A DNA stretch of 51,630 nt from Candidatus Undinarchaeales archaeon (GTDB taxonomy: Archaea > Undinarchaeota > Undinarchaeia > Undinarchaeales > JALTGF01): assembly GCA_046483005.1 (NCBI GenBank), contig JAWOEA010000001.1:1-51630 (forward strand), given 5' to 3'. The notes under the pieces were generated by a model. The model worked only from the letters and a program-made list of their open reading frames with translations. It had not been told where the DNA came from and made no database searches. This document shows, in pieces, positions 38,783 through 47,334 of this stretch. A program made the position numbers and the translations under genes. The stretch's first letter is position 1. Each line of letters opens with the position of its first letter.

Positions 38783-39388
38783 TTAAAAATTTATAGTTAT
38801 TACGGCATCTTTTGACATGTATTTCAAGTTATCACTATTGAACTCATCATAGTCTATGTTTGCATAGTCATCTAAATCATAGTATATTTTTTCCCCTTCG
38901 CCTTTTACAAAACCGTATTTCTTCGGCTCTATATCTATTTTATTTATGACACCATATTTTCTGGCATGTTCGTCTACTAATTCCACATGACCTCCAGCAG
39001 TTAAATCTTCTGTAAGAAGACCCGCTTCTTTGTTTTCCCCATCTTTTCTGTAGATTACACCAACACAGAAAGCCGGGACCCGTTTTCCTTCTTTTTTTAG
39101 TTTCTCTGCATTTCTGCAGTAATTTTCAAAAAGTTTAAGGTACTTGCTGAAATCGTGTTTGAACCATGCTTTAGTATTATCATCTGTAATTCTACGGTAT
39201 GCAACAAATCTGTTTTTAAGCTTTCCAATTCTGTATACAGAACTTATTGAACCATCTCCTATCAATTTAGGAAATGGTTTTCTTTCAATATGCCATTTAT
39301 CTTCCATATAGTATCTTTTAAGACGGAGAGGAATTTCTGTTTCCTCTATATATCTTTTAATTCTCTGAGACCTTTTGAAGTAATTCAT
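38783..39388 (-). CDS. Hypothetical protein with partial protein-kinase-like motifs
   Basis: IGDGSISSVY, FVAYR, GLLTEDL, YYDLD; no HRD-type catalytic loop seen. Confidence 0.45.
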   Translation of the reverse strand: MNYFKRSQRIKRYIEETEIPLRLKRYYMEDKWHIERKPFPKLIGDGSISSVYRIGKLKNRFVAYRRITDDNTKAWFKHDFSKYLKLFENYCRNAEKLKKEGKRVPAFCVGVIYRKDGENKEAGLLTEDLTAGGHVELVDEHARKYGVINKIDIEPKKYGFVKGEGEKIYYDLDDYANIDYDEFNSDNLKYMSKDAVITINF

Positions 39389-39451
39389 ATTAAATAACTA
39401 ATTTTTATTTTATTTAATATTTCTCTAAGAGTGGTTTATCAATCAGCGGGC

Positions 39452-39663
39452 AAATAAGACTTCAAAAAAGTACGAGTTTAGCGAGTCTTATTTCCGTGCA
39501 TACAAATTGGAAGATAAGCACGGAACGTAGGACCAATTCACAAAGAGTAGGTTTGTCCAAGATATAGTGCAAACAAATTGCATTGTTGTCCAGCCTACTC
39601 TTTGTGTTACCAGATTTTTCAGGACAGAGAACCAATTGCATAGTTAATCAATTTAAAAATCTG
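39452..39663 (-). ncRNA. Candidate structured RNA of four adjacent stem-loops downstream of tRNA-Phe
   Basis: Stems 39452-61/39484-93, 39492-99/39518-25, 39539-51/39594-606, 39611-19/39655-63; function unknown. Confidence 0.55.
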
Positions 39664-39666
39664 AGG

Positions 39667-39740
39667 TGGGACTGGTGTGATTTGAACACACGACGCCCAG
39701 ATCTTCAGTCTGGTGCTCTCCCAGGCTGAGCTACAGTCCC
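39667..39740 (-). tRNA. tRNA-Phe (GAA), no intron
   Basis: GGGACTG acceptor stem, TAGCTCAGCCTGGGAGAGC D-arm, CCAGA-CT-GAA-GA-TCTGG, GTGTG-TTCAAAT-CACAC. Confidence 0.97.
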
Positions 39741-39839
39741 AATACTAAAACAGTAGTAATAGAGGAAATTATAACTTAAATAACTTACTGGATACCACAA
39801 TAATTATAAGGAATGGCCATGTTATTAAAACACTCTTAA

Positions 39840-40841
39840 ATGAAAAGCATTAAAACAAGAAACTTAACAAAAAAGTTTGGAACCTTAACAGCAGTTGATT
39901 CTATAAATATAGAAATAGAAAAAGGAGAATTATTTGGTTTTCTAGGACCAAATGGAGCCGGTAAAACCACAACTATTTCCATGCTTTCAACCCTGCTTGA
40001 GCCAACAAAAGGTTCTGCAGAAATAGCAGGACATGATTTAAAAAATGAACAGGATGAAATTAGAAAATCTATAGGAATTGTTTTTCAGGACCAAAGTTTA
40101 GACGAAGAGCTTACAGGATATGAAAACTTAGATTTTCACGGCAGATTATACGGAATGAAGAAAAAATTAAGAAAAGAAAGGATAGAGGAAGTTTTAGAAT
40201 TAGTTGAACTAAAAGGAAAGGCTAAAAATCAGGTTAAAAAATATTCAGGTGGAATGCGTCGCCGTTTAGAAGTTGCGAGAGGATTAATGCATCATCCAAA
40301 CATACTGTTTTTAGATGAACCTACACTTGGACTCGACCCGCAGACAAGAAGAAAACTCTGGGAATATATTAAAAATCTAAATGAAAAAGAAGACATTACC
40401 ATAATTTTAACTACCCACTATATGGAAGAAGCGGACTTTCTATGCGATAGAGTTGCAATAATTGACAAAGGAAAAATAATAGCAAAAGATTCTCCTTCAA
40501 AGTTAAAAGAAGGACTCGGCGGGGATGTTATTTCTCTTAAATTTGAGACAAAAGATAATAAAAAATTTATTGACAAGCTAAAGAAAACAAAATGGATTAA
40601 AAAATTAAAGGAGCATGACGGACACCTTGATATAACTACTAAAAACGCAGATAAACGAATTACAAAAATAATAGAGCTTGCAGGGAAAAATAATATTGAA
40701 ATTGAAACACTTACAATAAACAAACCAACCCTCGAAGAGGTCTTCCTCCACTTCACAGGAAAAACAATCAGAGAAAAAGAAGCAAACGAGGCTGAATCAT
40801 TTAAAATGAGAAGCAGAGCCCGTATAAGGAGAAAAAAATGA
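39840..40841 (+). CDS. ABC-2 exporter ATP-binding subunit (DrrA-like)
   Basis: GPNGAGKTT, YSGGM, LDEPT, TTHY. Confidence 0.93.
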   Translation: MKSIKTRNLTKKFGTLTAVDSINIEIEKGELFGFLGPNGAGKTTTISMLSTLLEPTKGSAEIAGHDLKNEQDEIRKSIGIVFQDQSLDEELTGYENLDFHGRLYGMKKKLRKERIEEVLELVELKGKAKNQVKKYSGGMRRRLEVARGLMHHPNILFLDEPTLGLDPQTRRKLWEYIKNLNEKEDITIILTTHYMEEADFLCDRVAIIDKGKIIAKDSPSKLKEGLGGDVISLKFETKDNKKFIDKLKKTKWIKKLKEHDGHLDITTKNADKRITKIIELAGKNNIEIETLTINKPTLEEVFLHFTGKTIREKEANEAESFKMRSRARIRRKK

Positions 40842-41590
40842 TAGATAAAATATATACAATCTGGCTGAGAGAGGTGATACGGTTTTTCAGACAAAAAAGC
40901 AGAGTAATTGGAAGTCTGGGAATGCCTTTCTTTTTCCTTGCAATTCTTGGTTCAGGGATAGGATCAAGTTTTCAAATTCAAAATTTTGAAGGAAACTACA
41001 TGACATATATAATGCCAGGTATCTTAGGAATGGTCCTTTTGTTCGGCTCACTATTTGCAGGTATTTCTGTCATATGGGACAAACAATTTGGATTTATGAA
41101 GGAGATTTTAGTTTCGCCTGCCTCAAGAATTTCAATAATGGCAGGGAAAGTTTTAGGAGGAGCAACAACTGCAATAACTCAGGCCCTTTTAATGCTTGGA
41201 ATTTCACTTTTAATTGGAGTAAGAATAAATAGTATATATGGACTTCTACTTTCACTAGTATTCATGTTTCTGATTTCGTTTTCCTTTGTCTCTTTAGGAG
41301 TTGCATTTGCTTCTAAAATGGAAGATATGCACGGATTTCAATTAATAATGAACTTCTTGATAATGCCAATTTTCCTATTATCCGGCGCACTCTTTCCAAT
41401 AAATGGACTTCCGAATTCAATCAAATGGATAACATATTTAGACCCTTTAACATATGGAGTTGAAGGCCTCAGATATAGTTTACTGGGGATATCCCATATT
41501 CCGGCATGGAAATGTTTGGTGGTTCTTTTAGGATTCTCTTTTTCAACTCTTGCTCTTGGAACTTACTTTTTTAAAAAGATGCAGATATGA
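40838..41590 (+). CDS. ABC-2 exporter permease
   Basis: PGILGM, DKQFG..KEILVSP, FLLSGALFP, PLTYGV; ATGA overlap. Confidence 0.92.
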   Translation: MIDKIYTIWLREVIRFFRQKSRVIGSLGMPFFFLAILGSGIGSSFQIQNFEGNYMTYIMPGILGMVLLFGSLFAGISVIWDKQFGFMKEILVSPASRISIMAGKVLGGATTAITQALLMLGISLLIGVRINSIYGLLLSLVFMFLISFSFVSLGVAFASKMEDMHGFQLIMNFLIMPIFLLSGALFPINGLPNSIKWITYLDPLTYGVEGLRYSLLGISHIPAWKCLVVLLGFSFSTLALGTYFFKKMQI

Positions 41591-41644
41591 TCCTTGAAAA
41601 ACTGTTGCATTAATTATTTATATTCCACCTTACAAAGAATAAAT

Positions 41645-42415
41645 ATGACACGGCTGATTGCAGTTGCTTCAGGAAAAGGCGGAGTTGGTAAAACAACTAC
41701 TGTAGTAAATCTCGGAGCGGCGCTGACACAGTTCAATAAAAATGTTATAATTCTGGATGCAAATTTAACCACGCCGAATGTAGGACTTCATTTAGGAATG
41801 CATAAACTTGATACAAATCTAAATGACGTCATGGCAGGAAATGCAAGTTTAGTTGACGCCATCTACATGCACGAATCCGGTTTGAGAGTAATCCCTGCCG
41901 GCCTTCATTTGAAGCATCTCAGAACTTCAGCCCCGGAAAAACTCTGGGACATTGTATTAGATTTATTCGGCTCTTCAGAAGCAGTTATATTAGATACTCC
42001 TGCCGGGTTAGAAAGAGGCGCACAGGCAGTCCTTGATGCAGGAGAAGAAGTAATTATAGTTACAAATCCAGAGCTTCCGGCTGTTACAGATGCACTGAAA
42101 ACAGTCAGGACTGCATATGAATCGGGAGCATATGTTTTAGGAGCAGTTGTTAACAAGCATAGAGACGACCACGCAGAAATGGCCCTGGATGAAATTGAAA
42201 GCATGCTCGATATTCCTATTCTGGCAACAATTCCTCACGACAACGAAGTAAGAAAATCAATTAAAATGAACAATCCAGTTGTTTTCAGAGAGCCTGAATC
42301 TCCGGCAAGTCAGGCATATAAAAAACTTGCTTCAGAACTCTTTGGAGTAAACTATGAACTGCCGGCAAAAGGTCTAGGCGTTGGAAGATTTTTGAAAAAA
42401 ATCTTTGGAGTTTAA
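41645..42415 (+). CDS. minD: Archaeal MinD-family ATPase
   Basis: SGKGGVGKTT, LDANL, LDTPAG, VTNPE, C-terminal amphipathic GRFLKKIFG; ATG at 41645. Confidence 0.88.
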   Translation: MTRLIAVASGKGGVGKTTTVVNLGAALTQFNKNVIILDANLTTPNVGLHLGMHKLDTNLNDVMAGNASLVDAIYMHESGLRVIPAGLHLKHLRTSAPEKLWDIVLDLFGSSEAVILDTPAGLERGAQAVLDAGEEVIIVTNPELPAVTDALKTVRTAYESGAYVLGAVVNKHRDDHAEMALDEIESMLDIPILATIPHDNEVRKSIKMNNPVVFREPESPASQAYKKLASELFGVNYELPAKGLGVGRFLKKIFGV

Positions 42416-44046
42416 AACAATTTCTCAACATCAACTTCAAACAAAACTACCGGATAGTCTATTCCAAAATCAGTTAAAACTTCAGGATGGACTTCTCCGA
42501 GGACTCCGACTTTCTTTCCTTTAACTTTTATATCGACAGCTCTTCCCGAAATGAAACATTTATCTTTGCTTTCTTTAATTTTGAATTCCCTTCCTACTGA
42601 TGTAAAGAATGAATCTAAATAAGCCTTCATTTCTGAATAATTTGCCTCGCTGTGCATTATTCCCGCAGCCAGTTTTCGTTTATTATAGGCACCAGTTTCC
42701 GCCTTTTTGCTTGCCTTTGCAGTGATTCCAGTTTCAAATATTTTCTGAGGCATCTCCGAGCTTAAATTTTGGGCAAACGTTTCCAGAATGCCTGGAATTA
42801 GAGAAACTCTTGCCATTGTATACTCTTCTGTTTTAGGATTTTGAATTTTGACATAGCTGTTTTTCTTTTTGTTGACCATATCAAACTGCTTTTCTTCATT
42901 TGAAAGAATGAATGAAACGACTTCCTGAAAACCTAAGCCGGATAGTATACTTCTCAAATCGTTTGAAAGTTCTTCATTACTGTTTTCTTTTCCAATAGTA
43001 GGTATTTTTGGAATTCTCGGCTCGAACTTTTCATATCCATGAGCTATTGCAATATCCTCAACTAAATCAATTGGATGAAGAATATCCGTCCTGTACTGAG
43101 GGATGAAAATATTTTCTCCGGAAACTCCAAACCTCATTTTCTTCAGGGCAGATTTAATTTCCTTTTCCTTTAAATTCAAATCAAGAAGCTTGTTTACATA
43201 ATCAGAGTCCAGCTCCATCTTCCACGGTTTAAGTGTTGGAGCTTTAACAGTTTTATTTTTGTAAACTGTCTGAACTTCATAAATATCGCATCCTCTGTCA
43301 GCCAGAGCAGATACAACTATTTTGAGTATTTCAAAGACTGCCTTCCATTCTGTTCCAGTAACTTCTATCAGCATGTCTTTTGTATCCGACCTTATTCTGC
43401 TTGACTCTGCATTTGTAATTGGAAGTAAACTCAGAACATTTTCATCTGCATCCATGTAAATCGGATAAGATTTCCAGTCTTTCAATAGATGACCGTACTG
43501 CTGTCCCTTTTCATGCCTTTCCAGGACTTCTTTAATTGTCATTTCTTTGTCAAATTCAAGCGGTTTGAACTTGAAATTTCCTGATTTTGTAGTCAGCCGG
43601 ACAGGGAATTTAACATCTCTTAAATCATAAGTTCCAATTGATGCTTTTGCTCTCCTTCTTCCAATCGTTAAAGACAACTTCTTCTGGAGCTGCATGAAAG
43701 CAGTTACAACCTCTTCAGTAAAATGAATTCCTTTAACTACGGCAAATGCAGCGCATCCCCGAATTCCTGCAAGTTTTTTGTCAACCTTTACTTTGTAGTC
43801 CGAATCCTTGACATCATATTTTACAAGCCCGTCCCTGATTCCAAGAAAGCCCTGAACCGCTCTTGCAAATCCTTCAACTGAAAGAAGGTCCGGTCTGTTA
43901 GGGAAGACTTCAAAATCAACTTCGTCGTCTCTTAAATCTTCTAAAGGTGTTCCCATCATAGGGATTTTCTTTTTGTATTCTTCATCTGAAAGCTCCCTTC
44001 CGACAAGAGCTTCAAAGTCTGTCCGGTTGAAAGTTACTACTGCCAT
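42412..44046 (-). CDS. pheT: Phenylalanyl-tRNA synthetase beta subunit
   Basis: NRPDLLSVEG, GRRR.K.SIG..D, RTDILHPIDLVED, GEVHP. Confidence 0.95.
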   Translation of the reverse strand: MAVVTFNRTDFEALVGRELSDEEYKKKIPMMGTPLEDLRDDEVDFEVFPNRPDLLSVEGFARAVQGFLGIRDGLVKYDVKDSDYKVKVDKKLAGIRGCAAFAVVKGIHFTEEVVTAFMQLQKKLSLTIGRRRAKASIGTYDLRDVKFPVRLTTKSGNFKFKPLEFDKEMTIKEVLERHEKGQQYGHLLKDWKSYPIYMDADENVLSLLPITNAESSRIRSDTKDMLIEVTGTEWKAVFEILKIVVSALADRGCDIYEVQTVYKNKTVKAPTLKPWKMELDSDYVNKLLDLNLKEKEIKSALKKMRFGVSGENIFIPQYRTDILHPIDLVEDIAIAHGYEKFEPRIPKIPTIGKENSNEELSNDLRSILSGLGFQEVVSFILSNEEKQFDMVNKKKNSYVKIQNPKTEEYTMARVSLIPGILETFAQNLSSEMPQKIFETGITAKASKKAETGAYNKRKLAAGIMHSEANYSEMKAYLDSFFTSVGREFKIKESKDKCFISGRAVDIKVKGKKVGVLGEVHPEVLTDFGIDYPVVLFEVDVEKLF

Positions 44047-44047
44047 T

Positions 44048-44470
44048 TTATGTACTTAACAGGATAATTGCTGTTAAAGCCAGAATTATACCTGCCCCCG
44101 TTTTAATTGTTATTGTTTCATTAAACATGAAATAGCCGGCCAGAACAAGAATTGCCGGTGCAAGACCGAGAATTGGAGTTATTCTGCTTACAGGCCCTCC
44201 AAGGAATGCCAGAAATATGAACAAGTTTACAATTCCAATTAAAATTCCTGCAGCTGCAATTAATGAAATACTGCTTAAAGTGTAAGCTGTCTGGAGCCCC
44301 CCAAATTTGGAAACTCCGAATACTGCAAATGCACCTCCAAGCGCAGCTACATGAAGAACTACCATTGCAGTTCCGTAGTCAATATCTTTAATGGCTACTT
44401 TAATTAGAATCTGAGCTGCAGCTATTGAAAACATTGCACCTAATCCAAAGAAAGCCCATTTTTCCATCAT
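44048..44470 (-). CDS. Single-domain EamA/DMT-family transporter
   Basis: About 5 TM helices; GPVSRITPI, FNETIT motifs; ATGA overlap with the pheS stop. Confidence 0.75.
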   Translation of the reverse strand: MMEKWAFFGLGAMFSIAAAQILIKVAIKDIDYGTAMVVLHVAALGGAFAVFGVSKFGGLQTAYTLSSISLIAAAGILIGIVNLFIFLAFLGGPVSRITPILGLAPAILVLAGYFMFNETITIKTGAGIILALTAIILLST

Positions 44471-45954
44471 ATTGTCGGCGCCTCCCGAAGCCATTTTAAA
44501 TCATTTTTATAGTAGAAATGCCTGATATCATTTAATCCAAGTTTAAGCATTATTGGCCTTTCCAAACTCAATCCCCATGCAAGAACCGGCACATTTATTC
44601 CTAAAGGTTCAGTAACTTCCGGTCTGAATATTCCGGAGCCACCGAGTTCAATCCATTCATCTTTTTCTTCTAAATAGACTTCAGGTTCAACTGACATTTC
44701 AGTATAAGGGAAGTAAGCCGGTCTGAATCTGACTTTTTCGAATCCGAGTCTGAAGAAGAATTCTTTTAAATAGCCGAGTAAATCTTTAAATGTAACATTT
44801 TCATCTGCAACAATTCCATCTATCTGAGTAAATTCAGGTAGATGTTTGAAATCTACAGTTTCATTTCTAAAGGTCCTGCCTATGCTGAAAACCTTTGCTG
44901 GAGGCTCTATATCGTTGAGTGCTCTGCAGGATACTGCAGTGGTGTGCGTCCTCAGAACAGCTCTCCTTGCCGTCTCCTCGCTCCAGTCGTACTGCCAGCC
45001 TTTTGAGTCCTCTATCCCTTCTCCATGAGCTTCCTTTACATTGGAAACTATTTTTTTGTCTGGCAGGCTACTGGTTTTAGGATTTTCAAGATAAAAAGTA
45101 TCAGCTAAATCCCTTGCAGGATGGTCCTGTGGCTGGAAAAGAGCATCGAAATTCCAGAAGCTGGACTCAACTATCGGCCCCTCCCTCTCTTCAAAGCCAA
45201 GTTCAAGAAAAATTCTCCTGATCCTGTTTCTTGCTATTGTTATTGGATGAAGTTTCCCTCCATAATATGGTTCGACTTCTGCTTTTAAATCATAAGACCT
45301 GAATTCATTATCCTTCCAGCTTCCTGTTTTCAGCATTTCATGCGTCAGCTGGTGAACTTTCCCTTTTCCTTGTTTAAGGGCTTTTTTTAAGTCTCCTTTT
45401 GCTTTTAAGAAATATTCAGCTGATTCTGAAACTTCCGCCATGCCCCGTTTTTCCAGTATACTTAAGAGTTTCTTATCGATTTTATTTCCTTTTTTGACTT
45501 TTTCAAGAGCAGAACTTAAATCTGACTTGGTTCCAGCCTTTTTCTTTCCGAGGCCGGTCAGCTTTAATTTTAAACCGTTTTTTGTATTTTCAGTAGAAAT
45601 AAATACATTCTTCTTTAAAATTCCGAGAGATGCGCCGATTTCATTCTGGCTTAAATCTGTTTCCTTTGCAATTTCCGGAAGGAGTGCTTTTCCTGATTTC
45701 TTTTTAAGAATTTCAAGTACTTTCTCCTCAGGAAGTCCCTCTTTCAGGTTTTTCTTCCCAAGTTCAGTGAGTTTAACTAGTTTTTCAGTTTTCTTTTCAA
45801 GTTTAACAAGTCCTTTCTGAGAAAGAGAATATCCGAACCTTTCCGCCTGTATTTTCTCGATTCCTGCCTTTTTTGCAACTTCTTCTGCGGAAGCTTCTTT
45901 TCCAATCTTTTTAAGGCCTTCAAGCACTTTTCTTTCTAACGGGTGTAAGTCCAT
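44467..45954 (-). CDS. pheS: Phenylalanyl-tRNA synthetase alpha subunit (archaeal long form)
   Basis: GKLHP, WNFDALFQPQDHPARD, LRTHTT, FRNE, YFPYTE, GSGIFRPE. Confidence 0.96.
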   Translation of the reverse strand: MDLHPLERKVLEGLKKIGKEASAEEVAKKAGIEKIQAERFGYSLSQKGLVKLEKKTEKLVKLTELGKKNLKEGLPEEKVLEILKKKSGKALLPEIAKETDLSQNEIGASLGILKKNVFISTENTKNGLKLKLTGLGKKKAGTKSDLSSALEKVKKGNKIDKKLLSILEKRGMAEVSESAEYFLKAKGDLKKALKQGKGKVHQLTHEMLKTGSWKDNEFRSYDLKAEVEPYYGGKLHPITIARNRIRRIFLELGFEEREGPIVESSFWNFDALFQPQDHPARDLADTFYLENPKTSSLPDKKIVSNVKEAHGEGIEDSKGWQYDWSEETARRAVLRTHTTAVSCRALNDIEPPAKVFSIGRTFRNETVDFKHLPEFTQIDGIVADENVTFKDLLGYLKEFFFRLGFEKVRFRPAYFPYTEMSVEPEVYLEEKDEWIELGGSGIFRPEVTEPLGINVPVLAWGLSLERPIMLKLGLNDIRHFYYKNDLKWLREAPTI

Positions 45955-45998
45955 CTTAGAAATATAGGATTAATCAGATAAAAAGGTTTTCGGACTAT

Positions 45999-46580
45999 CT
46001 AAATATCTGTTCTTTCATCTTGGGAATATAAACCAAACAGTTTAAATTTTTTATTTTTCTTTTTTAACAATATAGATCTAAAACCAAAAGTCAATAAAAG
46101 TATACCGTCCGGTTTTAATGCTTTAAATGCATTTCTAAAAAATCGTTCTTTTTCTTCTTTTGAAAGATAAAAAAACATATGGCAAGACCTAACAGCGTCA
46201 ATGTTTTCAAACGGCGGTCTTTCTTTGCTTGTAAAATCATAAGGGGAAACAACAATATCAGTTTCACTTAAATTTCCCTCTGCTTTCCTCAATGTAGTTT
46301 CATCTATTTCAGTGCCGATTATTTTATAATTTTGAAAAGCTTTTTGAAGAAATTCTGTTGTTTCTCCGGTTGAAATGCCGATATCTATAATTGTTCCTTT
46401 ATCTTTCAAAAAATTCTTAAGAATTTTATGTGTAAATTCAACTCTGTCTTTAACAGTTAAATGAGGATTTCTTCTATGCCGGATTTCTTTTTCTAATTTA
46501 CTGAACCAGCCTGAAAAACCTATCTTCTGCTCCCTTTTTCTTACTTGTTCCAATATATTATTAAAAAAGCGTTTAGCCAT
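45999..46580 (-). CDS. Class I SAM-dependent methyltransferase
   Basis: IDIGISTG motif I, GTEID, ALKPDGILL. Confidence 0.8.
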   Translation of the reverse strand: MAKRFFNNILEQVRKREQKIGFSGWFSKLEKEIRHRRNPHLTVKDRVEFTHKILKNFLKDKGTIIDIGISTGETTEFLQKAFQNYKIIGTEIDETTLRKAEGNLSETDIVVSPYDFTSKERPPFENIDAVRSCHMFFYLSKEEKERFFRNAFKALKPDGILLLTFGFRSILLKKKNKKFKLFGLYSQDERTDI

Positions 46581-47332
46581 TAGAATATTTTCCTTAAAAC
46601 ATCAAGCGTATACAAAATCATTGCCTGAGCCTGTCCTTTACTTGGATAGAATTCATCTTTTTTACTATGAACTGAAAAAACTCTGACCTGATTTATCAAG
46701 TGTATCTGCTGTTTCAAACCAGGGTCCAGCTCTACATTCTTTGAGTGAAGTTTCCCGACAACTTTTCCCAGACCAATGCCTGGGCTTGTTTCCAAGAGGT
46801 CTTTTCCGGTCAGCTCATAATATTTTCTTAAAAGGGCTGTTTCCAGAACTCTTCCACAGAGAACTACAGAAGCTCGGTATGCCCCTGCTTCAAAACATTT
46901 TCTTATTTCATTTAAATCCGCTGCTATTGCTCCTTCAATCTTATCCGGCAGTTCAGGGATTTCAATGAACTGAGGTCCTTTATCTTCAGTTTCTGCTACA
47001 GGAACAAGAGAATCACTCAGTCTTGAAATTTCTGCAACCTGAGATTTGAGCTTGTTTGGAGACGTCTCCCTCCTCAGCTTTTGAATATCCCCCAAAATCT
47101 GAAGAATTAAATATCTATTGTCCTTGTTGGAACTTCCAAGTTCAACTAAATTCCATGCATCTTTTTTAAGGAGTTTAATTGCAGTTCCAACTGAGCTTTT
47201 CAAATATTTGGCTCTGCCTGCCTCGAAGTTTCTGATTTCATTCGCATCCGGGTCATAGTCGGCGGACTCCGCCGCTTTAATTGCTGTGTTCAGCTCTGCT
47301 ATTCTCCTTTTGAACTTAGATAAAGTTCCCAT
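46580..47332 (-). CDS. DUF4145/HEPN-like domain protein
   Basis: EIRKCFEAGAYRASVVLCGRVLE, LGKVV, RVFSVH (Rx4H). Confidence 0.65.
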   Translation of the reverse strand: MGTLSKFKRRIAELNTAIKAAESADYDPDANEIRNFEAGRAKYLKSSVGTAIKLLKKDAWNLVELGSSNKDNRYLILQILGDIQKLRRETSPNKLKSQVAEISRLSDSLVPVAETEDKGPQFIEIPELPDKIEGAIAADLNEIRKCFEAGAYRASVVLCGRVLETALLRKYYELTGKDLLETSPGIGLGKVVGKLHSKNVELDPGLKQQIHLINQVRVFSVHSKKDEFYPSKGQAQAMILYTLDVLRKIF

Positions 47333-47334
47333 CT

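Noticed and set aside
39452-39663. Hairpin array as a CRISPR array or canonical H/ACA guide
   Set aside because: Stems differ in sequence (no direct repeat-spacer pattern, no cas genes), and no clear K-turn or consistently placed ACA box was seen
10223-39740. Integrated element at either tRNA
   Set aside because: No integrase, and no duplicated tRNA 3' end noticed by eye; the intervening genes are mostly housekeeping
19868-44494. Longer GTG/TTG/ATG starts in the track for purD, guaAA, sod, DUF5320, minD and the EamA gene
   Set aside because: Downstream ATGs fit stop-start overlaps, RBS spacing and family N-termini better
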